Assembly: GCF_004010195.1 (NCBI RefSeq)
Contig: NC_057719.1
Coordinates: 59,533,669 to 59,597,668 of the forward strand
Direction of reading: 5' to 3'
DNA: 64,000 nt
From: Chiloscyllium plagiosum
Taxonomy: Eukaryota
This document shows, piece by piece, positions 39,159 through 50,960 of this stretch. The notes under the pieces are model-generated. The model was not told where the DNA came from and made no database searches. It saw only the letters and a list, made by a program, of their open reading frames with translations. The position numbers and the translations under genes were made by a program. Numbering within the stretch: the first letter of the stretch is position 1; each line of letters opens with the position of its first letter.

Positions 39159-40404
39159 CATTTAAACAGTTGATAACGGCAAAGAAAGACCAAACAAAGA
39201 AGCTGCATTTGCTTTTCATACTAACCGGGGCTGTTTGCCTTTGCAATATCAAAAAGATCTGCCAGGACTGAATGATGTTTTCACCCAACTCAGATCTCTT
39301 TGAAGTGGGCATCAGTTAAAGCTGCTCCATGCCTTTGTGCAGTTATGAGACCTTTGGTACAAACAGAGAAAGTGCTGGAGAAACTCTGCAAGTCTGGCAG
39401 CATATGCAGAAAGTGAAACAGAGTTAATGTTTCAAGTCCACTATGACTCTTCTTCACAATTAGTGTTAACGTTATTAAAATAGGCAGTTGATTTGGTCAT
39501 TATTGTCATGCTGCTGTGCATAAATTAGTTGTGGAGTTTCCTACATCATGTTAGGATTTCAAATTCATATGGACTTCAAATATTCATCATAGGATGTAAA
39601 ATGTTTTGGGATATTCTAAGTTTGCGAAAGCTGCTGTATAAAATTACATCTTATTTTCATTTGAAACCATTATAATTTAAAAAGTCATCACTTTTTAAGC
39701 AATTATCCTTCAAAATTGTGTAGTGGTAGCATATTTTCAAGTGGGAACTTGGGTTTTTACCAATGTTTTACTTGTGGATGTGACTCCATATTGGATCATT
39801 TCATGAAACAATATTTGTGTTGGATAATTCTCCACTGTAATTTTATGCTAGTGTTTACTTTCACTCAAGCAAAATCAGGCAAAAAATAATGACATCTAAC
39901 TCAGCCCAAAAGACTCGTTCAAACTTTGCAGGCTCTAGTATTACTTGTTACTAACAGCATGTCTATCATCTAAAGAAATAATTATTTGGATGTATCTGTG
40001 GTGCTTCAAGCAACTCCTGAGACCAGCAGGAAGGTGATCAATCGAATGAGAGTTTACATTTGGCCAAGTCAGGACATTGCATATAGTTTATGCCTTTCAT
40101 ATTTCTGAATTTGTTCTGATGCAATTGTATCTATTTTAAAACAACCATATATCTTGTGGATTAACATTTTGTATGGGGTTTCTTATCAAGTAACCTTTAG
40201 AAGTTTAAGTATACCACAGTTACAAGGGGCCCTGTGACACAGTGATAGTGTCTTTACCTTTGAGCCAAAAGATTCACATCAAGTCCTTCTTTCTTGGTTT
40301 AGGATCATTCATGTACAGTATTTGCCTCAGGCTTTCTATACCTGCTTTGTGTATTTGTTGAGTAATTCTGGGTTGAAGTTGAGTATAGGTCAGACCAATC
40401 TGCA

Positions 40405-41500
40405 GAACATAAGAAATGGGGACAGGAATTAGCCTCTCTAACCTGCTATAACATTCATTACAATTAAAACTAATCTTCTGCCTCAACTCCATTTTCCTGC
40501 CTACACCACTATTATTTTATTTTCCAAGAGATTAAATATCTATCAATCTTGGATCTTGGATATATTCACTGATGGAGTATCTGCAACTGAATGAAGACAT
40601 TTCTGCTCATCTTATCCCTAAATAATCAATCCCTTAGCCTGAGGCAGTGTTCTAGATTCCCAAGCCAGCTGAAACAATGTTAGTGTTCTAGCTGCCGCGC
40701 CCTTTCTAAGTCTTCTATGTTTCAATTAGATCACTGCTCATTATTTGAATCTCCAGAATATTTACTTATTTACTCAGCCTCTCAGCATAGGACAGCTGTC
40801 TCATCCCAGGAACCAATCTAAGCAGCATTTGCTGTCCAGACTCCAATGCAAGGATGAATTTCTTTAGATATGGAAACCAATAGCAAGCAGTGTTCCAGGT
40901 TCTCAACATTCCCTATACAATTGTAGCAATATTTCTTTATTTATGTACTCCAATCCCCTTGCAACAATTGCCATTTTGGCATTTGCCTCCCTAACAGCTT
41001 GCTGCACCTGTGTGTATGTTTCCAGTAGTCCAACCAAGTCTTCCTGCACATCAACATTTACAAGTTTCACTCCTTTACAAAATAATCTACTTTTCTAATC
41101 TGAAGACCAAAGTGAAGAACCTCACCCTTCTCCACAATGTCCTTCAACTTACTGCTCACTCACTAAACGTAAATATACATTCAGCCTTTGTTCTTCTCTC
41201 AGCCTACATTTTAACCTAGCATTGTGCTGTCAACCAATTAGGATACATGACTCATGGTTTCTCCATCTCAGTCATTTATATACTTTATAAATAGCTGAGA
41301 CCCCAATACTGATTCCTATGACATTCTACTAACCACAGCCTGCCAACTTGAAAATGCCTTTTTGATCCCAACACTGTACTTTTTGTCCACTAACCAATCT
41401 ATCCGTATTAATATATTACACCCAATTCCATGAACACTTATCTTGTGGATTAACATTTTGTGTGGTTTCTTAGCAAGTAATTTTTGGAAGTCTAAATATA
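40405..41500 (-). mobile_element. Old CR1 fragment
   Basis: Minus-strand VYLDFQK...HK motif, with the 3'UTR toward the left. Confidence 0.8.
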
Positions 41501-41507
41501 CCACAGT

Positions 41508-41675
41508 CCAAAGATGTGCATGTCAGGTGAATTGGCCATGCTAAATTGCCCGTGGTGTTAGGTAAAGGGGTAAATGTACGGGAATGGGTGGGTTACGCTT
41601 CGGTGGTTCGGTGTGGACTTGTTGGGCCGAAGGGCCTGTTTTCATACTGTAAGTAATCTAATCTAATCTAATCTA
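41508..41675 (+). mobile_element. HE1-type SINE, 5'-truncated
   Basis: 3' half matches 56236-56550 and ends in (TAATC)n. TSD ATACCACWGT at 41498-41507 and 41676-41685. Confidence 0.9.
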
Positions 41676-42649
41676 ATACCACTGTTACAAGGGGCCCTGT
41701 GGCACCTTGATAGTGTCCTTACCTCTGAGCCAATAGATTCATATCAAGTCCTACCTGCCCTGGAAATATGTTGCAGCTTGTCCGCAAAGGTTGTTTGAAA
41801 ATAACTATTACATCTATTGGTTCCCTTTATTTACCCGGCTAGTTACATCCTCAATTTGTCCATCATGCTTTTCCTTTCATTGACATTATCTGAAATAATC
41901 GTGATTTGCAATGTGCATTGTTAACAATATTCCCAATAATAGATTGTAGCATTTTCACGATGGCTAAGGTTGTGAAAACTGGCTTGTTCAAGCTGAAATA
42001 CTAACTGTTTAGTGCTCCACAAAACTTGTCTGACCTGCTGAATATTTCTGGTCTGTTCCACTTTTATGTCAAACATCGCATTTTGGATATTTGGAACTAT
42101 TAAAAACTTAGCTTGGCATCTTTTTCCATAATGGCCTGAAACATTGGAAACAAGGTGATGTGATTTAAGTTAAATTCCTATAGAATGCTCATCTCAAGTC
42201 AAGTTTGATTGTAAAGAATTGAACCTAACCACATTTCCCGAATGAAAAAGAATTATATGAAACACTAAGTGGACTGTGGACCTATTTCAATTTGCGTTCT
42301 ATCATTTTTCTTCTTTTACAGTGGTATGTAACCATAATAAATCATTCAGTTCACATCTCGAAGATTGAAAGCAGTATGAGGAATAAGTGCAGTTCCACAG
42401 TACCACTCACAATATTGTAGCATTGATCACAAGTCGAGTCGTCTGGCAGGGCCTGTATTTATGTTAACAGCGTGAGAATTGATTAGACTAAGTAAATGTG
42501 AAATTCAAACAAAGAACCCTCAGTAATGTAATACAAATGCATCACATTCTGTGCCAATGCACTATCTTCCACAATAAGAATGTAACCTTTCCCATTATGC
42601 TCTGTAGCTCATTTTTCCTCTCCAGTCTAACCGCAAATTATTTAAGGGA

Positions 42650-44587
42650 GTATGTTCCCAGAGACTGGAGACCAAATCGGGATCCCCAGTTCACTTGTCA
42701 TGTAGCAGTGGCTGCCATACTGTCTTTTGTAAAAAATGTAAACAAGAAGAACACCAGAAGGGTGCCATAGGCAGACGAAGTGCTGCAGCCTGTGTTCTGA
42801 AGCAGATCACTTCTAAAAAGCTGTCCATAACACTGCCTCAGATCCAGAGGGGGATAAGGAGAAGGATACACATGGAAACGTGAACAGGCCGCCACTGCAG
42901 AGTCTTGCAATCCTGCTCTCAGCGAGTAGAAAGAGTCAAGGATGGGCTCAGGAGGGAGTAGGGGATGGGAAAGAATGGGGCAGCAGACTGCCAAATACCA
43001 GTCAAGTCCCCAGAGCCAGCCCCTCCTCACAAGTCTGAATCTGAGGTGGAGGAAACATTAGCAGAATTACTGTTGGGGTGCAGCTAGTGAAGAAGTCCAA
43101 AAAGAAGATTCCAGCAAGGATCCAAACTGTGTCCCAGACCAAAGACAAAAGGCATGGCTTTTCTTATGAACAAGGGAGGTAACTTCAGAAAACATAGCAA
43201 ATCTTGGACAGGCTGGAGGAGGACCTGAGCCCCAAAACATTGCAAACAATAAAGAGGCCAGCACACCTCAGACACTAAGTGGAAGTACTTCACACCCTGC
43301 TGTAGCAATGCTGATAAACTGGAACTGATTATGGGAATGGCGTGGTGTTCTCCAATAGAGAACTGTTCACACCCTCCCCCTGGCATGAAGCCCCCAACGC
43401 TACATGGGTGAATTAATTCTAATCGGGATAAGTTTTAACAATATATCACAAGTGAGACAATTTATAATCACTCGAGAAGTGAGGGCCAGAGCCAAGGGCT
43501 GGAACTGTGAAAGACAAATGGAAACCAATACTTTATGGGCCATCAACCTAGTTAGGAGGAAGCAGCAGTTGGTCTGACCTGGGTAATCCATGCTACAGGG
43601 AGGCAACTTTGTAATCTCTGATGTTAAGGAGGTGATTAATTGGTGACTCCTTATAGCAGATGTAATGTACAAAAATGCTCAGCTCAAAACAGTGATCTCT
43701 TGGTTGTCCTTCAGCTCACACTGCTACTGGCAATGGCCAGGCCAATCATTTTGGAGGGTCACTTCAACCACATTATCAATGCAACTGGATGATCTGGCCC
43801 AGCTAATGGCAAACTGGATGCTAAGTTTGGAAATGGTAAAGGATGCCAAATTATCATTGAGATCTTAGGTGATAGTAATCAGGAGAACCATGATTAACCA
43901 TTAACCTGGATGATCTAAGGCCCTCAAGTCCTTTGAGAATAAATAAACTTAGCAAAGTGACAGTTTATGACACAGTTATTTTAATCTCTGTGAGGCCTGA
44001 TTAGCCAGGACCTATTGGAGGTGGATGAGAGTGGGTGAGAGTGTGCTTCTGGCCTAGAGCACAAATCCATGAGGAACAGTAACATCAGTGACCTCTATAA
44101 GCAGAGGGGGGAGAGGGAGGAAATTAGAAATTAATGCTGAATCTCACTGTTGAAGGTAGATTACACATTTCTGTCGAAGATCCTTACCAGTCAGGTTGGG
44201 TCTGTTTTGGATTTGGTGGTTTACCATGATCAGGCCTGTGCTGTAACCTGCCAGAAGCTCTCCAAAGCCTTGCATTCCTAAGGGATACGTTCACCCTTTG
44301 TGCAGGATGGTGGTGGGCATGTGTGGCGGGGGGGGGGGGGGGGGGGAGTGGTGTGGAGGGTGGTGGTGGGTTTGTGGTTTGGGGGGGATATCTGCCTCAT
44401 CACCCTGGACCAGATGAAGGTGTTTGACAGAATATTGCATATCTACATAATGGGTGAGCTCTTCCCCAGAATGGGACTGGGAGAGGGAATCCACAATTGT
44501 TTACAACTGCTCTACTCAAATATCAGGAGCACAGTTTCAATCAGTGACTGGGAAATATGAAGCTATCCAATCAAATCTGGAGTTAGA
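42650..44587 (+). mobile_element. Tx1/L1-clade non-LTR retrotransposon remnant (ORF1 zinc knuckles, APE and RT fragments)
   Basis: CKKCKQEEH and CSLCSEADH CCHC-like knuckles at about 42700-42830. IILEGHFN (GDFN-like) at about 43750. LITLDQMKVFDRI.H.Y..MGLGEG...LLY..IKSGVR at about 44390-44587. Confidence 0.75.
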
Positions 44588-44594
44588 CACAGTA

Positions 44595-46235
44595 GTCCAT
44601 AATGAATACTTTGCTTCAGTATTCAGAGGGACCTTGTTGTTTGTGAGGACAGCGTGAACCAGGCTGATACACTTGAACAGGTTGATGTTAAGAAGGAGGA
44701 AGTGCTGGAAATTTTGTAAAACATGAGGATAGATAAGTTCCCTGGGCCAGACGGATATACCCAAGATTACTACAGGAAGCAAGGGAAGAGATTGCTGCAT
44801 TTTTGCCGATGAATCTTTGCATCCTCATTGTCCACTGGAATAGTGCCAGATGATTGGAAGGTGACAAATGTTATTCGTTTGTTCAAGAAAAGGAATGGAG
44901 ACAACCCTGGGAATTACAGACCAGTCAGTCTTATGTCTGTGGTAGGTAAATTATTGGAGAGGATTCTGAGAATTTATGATTATTTAGATTTAATTAGTTT
45001 GATTAGAGATAGTCAGCATGGCTTTGTGAGGGACAGGTCATACTTCACAAGCCTTGCTGAATTCTTTGAAGATGTGACAAAACACATTTATGAAGGAAGA
45101 GCAGTAGATGTGGTGTACATGGATTTTAGCAAAGTGTTTGATAAGGTTCCCCATGGTAGGCTCATTCAGAAAGTAAGGAGGCATGGGATACAGGGAAATT
45201 TGGCTGTTTGGATACAGAATTGGCTGGCCCATAGATGACAGAGGGTGGTAGTGGACGAAAGGTATTCAGCCTGGAGTTTAGTGACCAGTGAGTTCCATGG
45301 AGATCTGTTCTGGGACCTCTGCTCTTTGTAATTTTTATAAATGATTTGGATGAGGAAGTAGAAGGGGGTTTAGTAAGTTTGCCGATGATACGAAGATTGG
45401 TAGAGTTGTGGATAGTGTGGAGGGCTGCTGTGGGTTGCAACGAGACACTGACTGGATGCAGAGCTGGGCTGAGAAGCGGCAGATGGAATTCAACCTGAAA
45501 AAATTTGGAAGGTCAAATTTGAATGCAGAATATGAAGGGGTTAAAGGCAGAATTCTTGGCAGTGTGAAGGAACAGCAGGATCTTGGGGTTCATATCCATA
45601 GATCTGTCAAAGTTGCCACCCAAGTTGAGAGGGATGTTAAGAAGGCGTATAGTGTGTTGACTTTCATTAGCAAGGGGATTGAGTTTAAGAGTCATGAGGT
45701 TATACTGCAGCTCCAGAAAGCCCTGGTTAGACCACACTTGGAATATTGTGTTCGGTTCTGGTCACCTTATTATAAGAAGAATGTGGAAGCTTTAGAAAAG
45801 GTGCTGGGGATATTTACCAGGATGCTGCCTGGACTGAAGGGCATGTCTTATGAAGAAAGGTTGAGAGAACTAGAACTTTTCTCATTGGAGCGAAGAAGGA
45901 TGACAGGTGACTTCATAGAGGTGTACAAGATGATGAGAGGCATAGATAGAGTGGATAGCCAGAAGAAAATGGCTATCACAAGGAAACATAATTTTAAGGT
46001 GATTGGAGAAAGGTTTAGGGGTGATGTCAGAGGTAAGTTCTTTACACAGGGAATGGTGGGTGCGTGGTAGTAGAGTCAGATACATTAGGAACATTTAAGT
46101 GACTCTTGGATAGGCATATAGATGATAGTAAAATGTAGGGTATCTAGGCTGGGTTGATCTTAGAGTAGGATAACAGGTCGACACAATATCGAGGGCCAAA
46201 GGGCCTGTACTGTGCTGTTCTGTTCTATGTTCTAT
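44595..46235 (+). mobile_element. CR1 LINE, 5'-truncated, related to the 1-1570 subfamily
   Basis: NYRPVSL, YMDFSKVFDKV, KFADD and (TTCTATG)n tail. Confidence 0.95.
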
Positions 46236-46469
46236 GTGTTGTATAGAACCTGTTGCACAGTTACTAGGAAGGATGCAGACATAAGATTGTGACTATCACA
46301 CTTAGTGGATACGTCCAAATCAAAATCTCCCTATTGTGGGTGAAATCACAATTTGAACAATTTACTTTTACATTCTCTGTCTTATAGACTTATAAAATGA
46401 CTTATTTCCCAAGAGTAGGTCAAGTTTTGCACCTTCTCTAGTAGGTACATTCACATACTGAATCAGAAA

Positions 46470-47850
46470 ACTTTCTTGTACACACTTAACAAATTCCTCT
46501 CCATCCAAGCCCTTAACATATGGCAGTCCCAATCTATTGTTATGAAGGTGTAGAAGTGTACTGTACCTTTAAGAGAGTGAAGGCAAGCACACCGAGTGCT
46601 GGAGAATTTACAATGTAACATTTGGTTCAGAACAGCTAGCACTGGCTGAGTCACTATGAGACAAAAACACATTCAAATTTGGCCAATCAGTTTAATTTAT
46701 ACCTCAAAAATACCAAATCCAAGTCCAGTTTGAATTTAGTATATTGACAATCTTAAAAGCCAAAGACACAATCAGATGCTTTGGGGGGCATAAGACCGGG
46801 GAAAATTGGACAGTTGAGAGGAGAACTGCCACAGCACCAGCATGTAAAAAATGCTTGAAAAATAGCTCTCTTAAAGGTACCTTTATCCATCAGTAACCTG
46901 TGAAGCAGAATCCCCAGGCAGAAAAGAAGACAGGAACACAAAGAAGAATGGAAAGCTGCTTGGTTTTGAGATAAGAAGTTTTGTTTTGTAAATCTTAATT
47001 GGAAGTTTTATCGGAATAGTATTATAGAAGGGAAGGCAAAAGATACGTTAGTAGAAGGAGTTGCAAATAGTTGTTAGTTAATCATTCTCTGTTCTACTTG
47101 AAGAAATAAGGTTGTTAATTTTTATTTTAAATAGTTCTTGGCCTCTCAAACTTTCACAGATTACTGCACAGGATAAATCTTTTCTGTGTCGCTGGTTTAA
47201 ATTAAGCAGGAGGGTTTACCCTGTGTCATAACACTGTGCTTGAGAAGTTAAAATCACCAACCATTAAGATCCTATTATTATTACAGTTAACTGAGATCTC
47301 CTTACAAATTTGTTTCTCAATTTCCTGCTGACTGTTGGGGGAGTGTATAATATAATCCCAATAATGTGATCATCCCTTTCTTATTTCTCAGTTCCACCCA
47401 AATAACTTCCCTGGATGTATTCCCAAGAATATCCTCCCTCAGCGCAGCAGTAATACTATCCCTTGTCAAAAACGCCACTCCCCTCCTCTCTTGCACCCCC
47501 CCCTTTCTATCCTTTCTATAGCATCTATATCCTGGAACATTAAGAATCCAGTCCTGTCTATCTCTGAGTTATGTCCCTGTAATTGCTATGATATCCCAGT
47601 CCCATGTTCCTAACTGTGCCCTGAGTTCATCTGCCTTCCCTGTTACGCCTCCTGCATTGAAATAAGTGCAGTTTAATTTATCAGTCCTACCTCATTCTCT
47701 GCTTAGTTCCTGCCTGCCCTGATTGACTGTCTCCTTTCCCCAACTGTACCAGTCTCAGACTGATCTCTTTCCTCACTATCTCCCTGTAACCCACTGACCC
47801 ATCGTCCCCCTTCCTAGTGTAAATCCTCCTGAGCAGCTCCAGCAAATCTC
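46470..47850 (-). mobile_element. CR1 endonuclease-region fragment, interrupted by a solo LTR
   Basis: Minus-strand GDFNF, GGVAFL, DIIAITGT. Reverse complement of 48100-48437. Confidence 0.85.
46538..47233 (+). mobile_element. Solo LTR (696 bp)
   Basis: Perfect 8-bp terminal inverted repeat TGTTATGA...TCATAACA. Flanks CTAT/CTGT (4-bp TSD, one mismatch). Strand is tentative. Confidence 0.85.
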
Positions 47851-48039
47851 CACACTAGAGTTGTCAAAACGTCCAGTGGGAATGCAAAGATTTAAACATG
47901 AACTCGAGAGGAAGAAGTTGGTAACAAAGGAAAGTGAAAGAATTTCAAAGCAAGCAAGAAATCAGAAGGCATGAGCTGGCTAAAGGGAAACTTAGGTTGC
48001 ATGGGTTAAGAAAAACTGTTCCAGTTGACAGAAACGATA

Positions 48040-50960
48040 GTGTGGAGAATAAAGATGATGTTAGAAAACCAGAAACCAGAGTTGGTGGGTTACAGGGAGA
48101 TAGTGAGAAAAGAGATCAGTCTGAGACCGGTACAGTTTGGAAAAGGAACAAGTCAAACAGTCAGGGCAGGCAGGAACTAAGCAGAGAATGAGGTAGGACT
48201 GATAAATTAAACTGCATTTATTTCAATGCAGGAGGCGTAACAGGTAAGGCAGATGAACTCGGCGCGGTTAGGAACATGGGACTAGGATATCATAGCAATT
48301 ACAGGGACATAACTCAGAGATAGACAGGATTGGCAGCTTAATGTTCCAGGATATAGATGCTATAGAAAGGATAGAAAGGGCGGGGGGATCAAGAGAAGAG
48401 GAGAAGTGGCGTTTTTGATAAGGAATAGTATTACTGCTATCATCGATAGTCACAGGTGTGCCGGAAGACTGGAGGTTGGCTAACGTGGTGTCACTGTTTA
48501 AGAAGGGTGGTAAGGACAAGCCAGGGAACTATAGACCAGTGAGCCTGACATTGGTGGAGGGCAAGTTGTTGGAGGGAATCCTAAGGGATAGGATTTACAG
48601 GCATTTGGAAAGACAAGGACTGATTAGGGATAGTCAACATGACTTTGTGCGTGGGAATTGTGTCTCATTAACTTAATTGAGTTTTTTGATGAAATAAAGA
48701 AGAGAATTGATGAGGGCAAAGCAGTAAATGTTATCTATATCGAGGCAGAAGTGGGTACATTCCTGATGAAGGGCTTATGCCCATAATGTCAATTTTTCCT
48801 GCTCCTCAGATAATGCCTGATCTGCTGTGCTTTTCCAGCACCACTCTAATCTTGAATGTGATCTATATCAACTTCAGTAAGGTGTCCGACGAGGCTTTTT
48901 ATGGTAGATTGGTTAGCAAGGTTAGATCTCATGAAATATGGAGAGACCTAGCCATTTAGATACGGAACTGTCTCAAAGGTAGAAGACAGAGAGTAATGGT
49001 GGAAGGTTGCTTTTCAGACTGGAGGCCTGTGACCAGTGGACTGCCACAAGGATCGGTGCTTGGTCCCCTACCTTTTGTCATTTATGTAAGATTTGTATGT
49101 GAACACAGGAGGTATAGTTAGTCAGTTTGCAGAAGATACCAAAATTGGAGGTGTAGTGGACAGCGAAGAAGGTTACCTCAGAATATAAAGGGACTTGATC
49201 AGATGGGTTAATGGGCCAAAGAGCAGCAGATGGAATTTAGTTTAGATAAATGTGAGGTGCTGCATTTTGGAAAGACAAATCAGGACAGGACTTATACACT
49301 CAATGTTAAGGTCCTGGGAGTGTTGCTGAACAAAGAGACCTTGGAGTGCAGGTTCATAATTCCTTGAAAGTGGAGTACCAGGTAGATAGAATAGTGAGAA
49401 AGCGTTTGGTATGCTTGTCTTTATTGGTCAGTACATTGAGTATAGAAGTTGGGAGGTCATATTGCAGCTGTACAGGACATTGGTTCAGCCACTTTTAAAA
49501 TATTGCATTCAATTCTGGTCTCCCTCATTTTTATAAATGACCTGGATGAGGGTGTAGAAGGATGGGTTAGTTAATTTGTAGATGACACTAAAGTTAGTGG
49601 AGTCGTGGACATTGCAGAAGGATGTTGCAGGTTACAGAGGGACATAAATAAGCTGCAGAGCTGGGCTGAGAGGTGGCAAATGGAGTTTAATGCAGAAAAG
49701 TATGAGGTGATTCACTTTGGAAGGAGTAATAGGAATACAGAGTACTGGGCTAATAGTAAGATTTTCTGTAGTGTGGATGAGCAGAGAGATCTCGATGGGC
49801 ATTTGCAAGGATCCCTGAAAGTTGCCACTCAGGTTGATAAGGTTGTTAAGAAGGCATATGATGTGTTAGCTTTTATTTGTAGAGGGATTGAGTTTCAGAG
49901 GCATGAGGTCATGCTGCAGCTGTACAAAACTCTGCTGCGGCCTATCTTGGAGTATTGCGTACAGTTCTGTCTCCACATTATAGGAAGGATGTGGAAGCTT
50001 TGTAAAGGGTGCAGAGGAGATCTACCAGGATGTTGCCTGGTATGGAGAGAGGGTCTTATGAGAAAAGGCTGAGGAACTTGCGGCTGTTTTCATTAGAGAG
50101 AAGAAGGTTAAGAGGTGACTTAATAGAGGCATACAAGATGATCAGTGGGTTAGATAGAGTGGACAGTAAGAGCTTTATTCTTCGGATGGTGATGGCTAGC
50201 ACGAAGGGACATAGCTTTAAATTGAGGGGTGATAGACATAGGACATAGGTCAGAGGTAGCTTCTTTACTCAGAGAGTGGTAAGGGCATGGAATGCACTGC
50301 CTGCAACAGTAGTGGATTCACCAATTTTAAGGGCATTTAAATGGTCATTTGATAAACATATGGTTGATAATGGAATAGTATAGGTTAGATGGGCTTCATA
50401 TTGGTTTCACAGGCAAATTGAGGGCCAAAGGGCCTGTACTACACTGTAATGGTCTAGACACTATGTTCAATGTTCTCCTATAGGAAGGATGCTGTGAAAC
50501 TTAAAAGGGTTCAGAAAAGATTTACAAGGATTTTGCCAGAGTTGGAGGGTTTGAGCCATAGGGAGAATTTGAATAGGCTGGAGTTATTTTCCCTGGAGTG
50601 TCAGAGGCTGAGGGTGATCTTTTAGAGGTTTATAAAATTATGGATAGAGTCCCCCACTTCAGGCTTTTTCCCTGAAGTGGGGGAGTCCAGAACTAGAGGG
50701 CATAGGTGTAGGGTGAGAGGAAGGGACCTAAGAAGCAACCTTTTCACGCAGAGAGGGTGCGTGAATGGAATGAGCTGCCAGTGGAAGTGGTAGAGGCTTG
50801 TACAATTACAGCATTTAAAAGGCATCTGGATGGGTATATGAATAAGAAGGGTTTAGAGGGATAGGGGCCAAGTACTGGCAAATGGGACTAGATTAGGTTA
50901 GGAGATCTGTTTGACATGGAAGGATCTGTTTCCATGCTGTACATCTCTCTGACTCTATAA
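48040..50960 (+). mobile_element. CR1 (EN start, internal deletion, RT) with nested PLE mini-insert (48742-48854) and nested second CR1 (about 49526-50473)
   Basis: RT motifs in broken frames. The inner CR1 has its own 3'UTR and tail at about 50400-50473. The outer frame resumes at taggaaggatgctgtg and ends in a gactctat tail. Confidence 0.92.
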
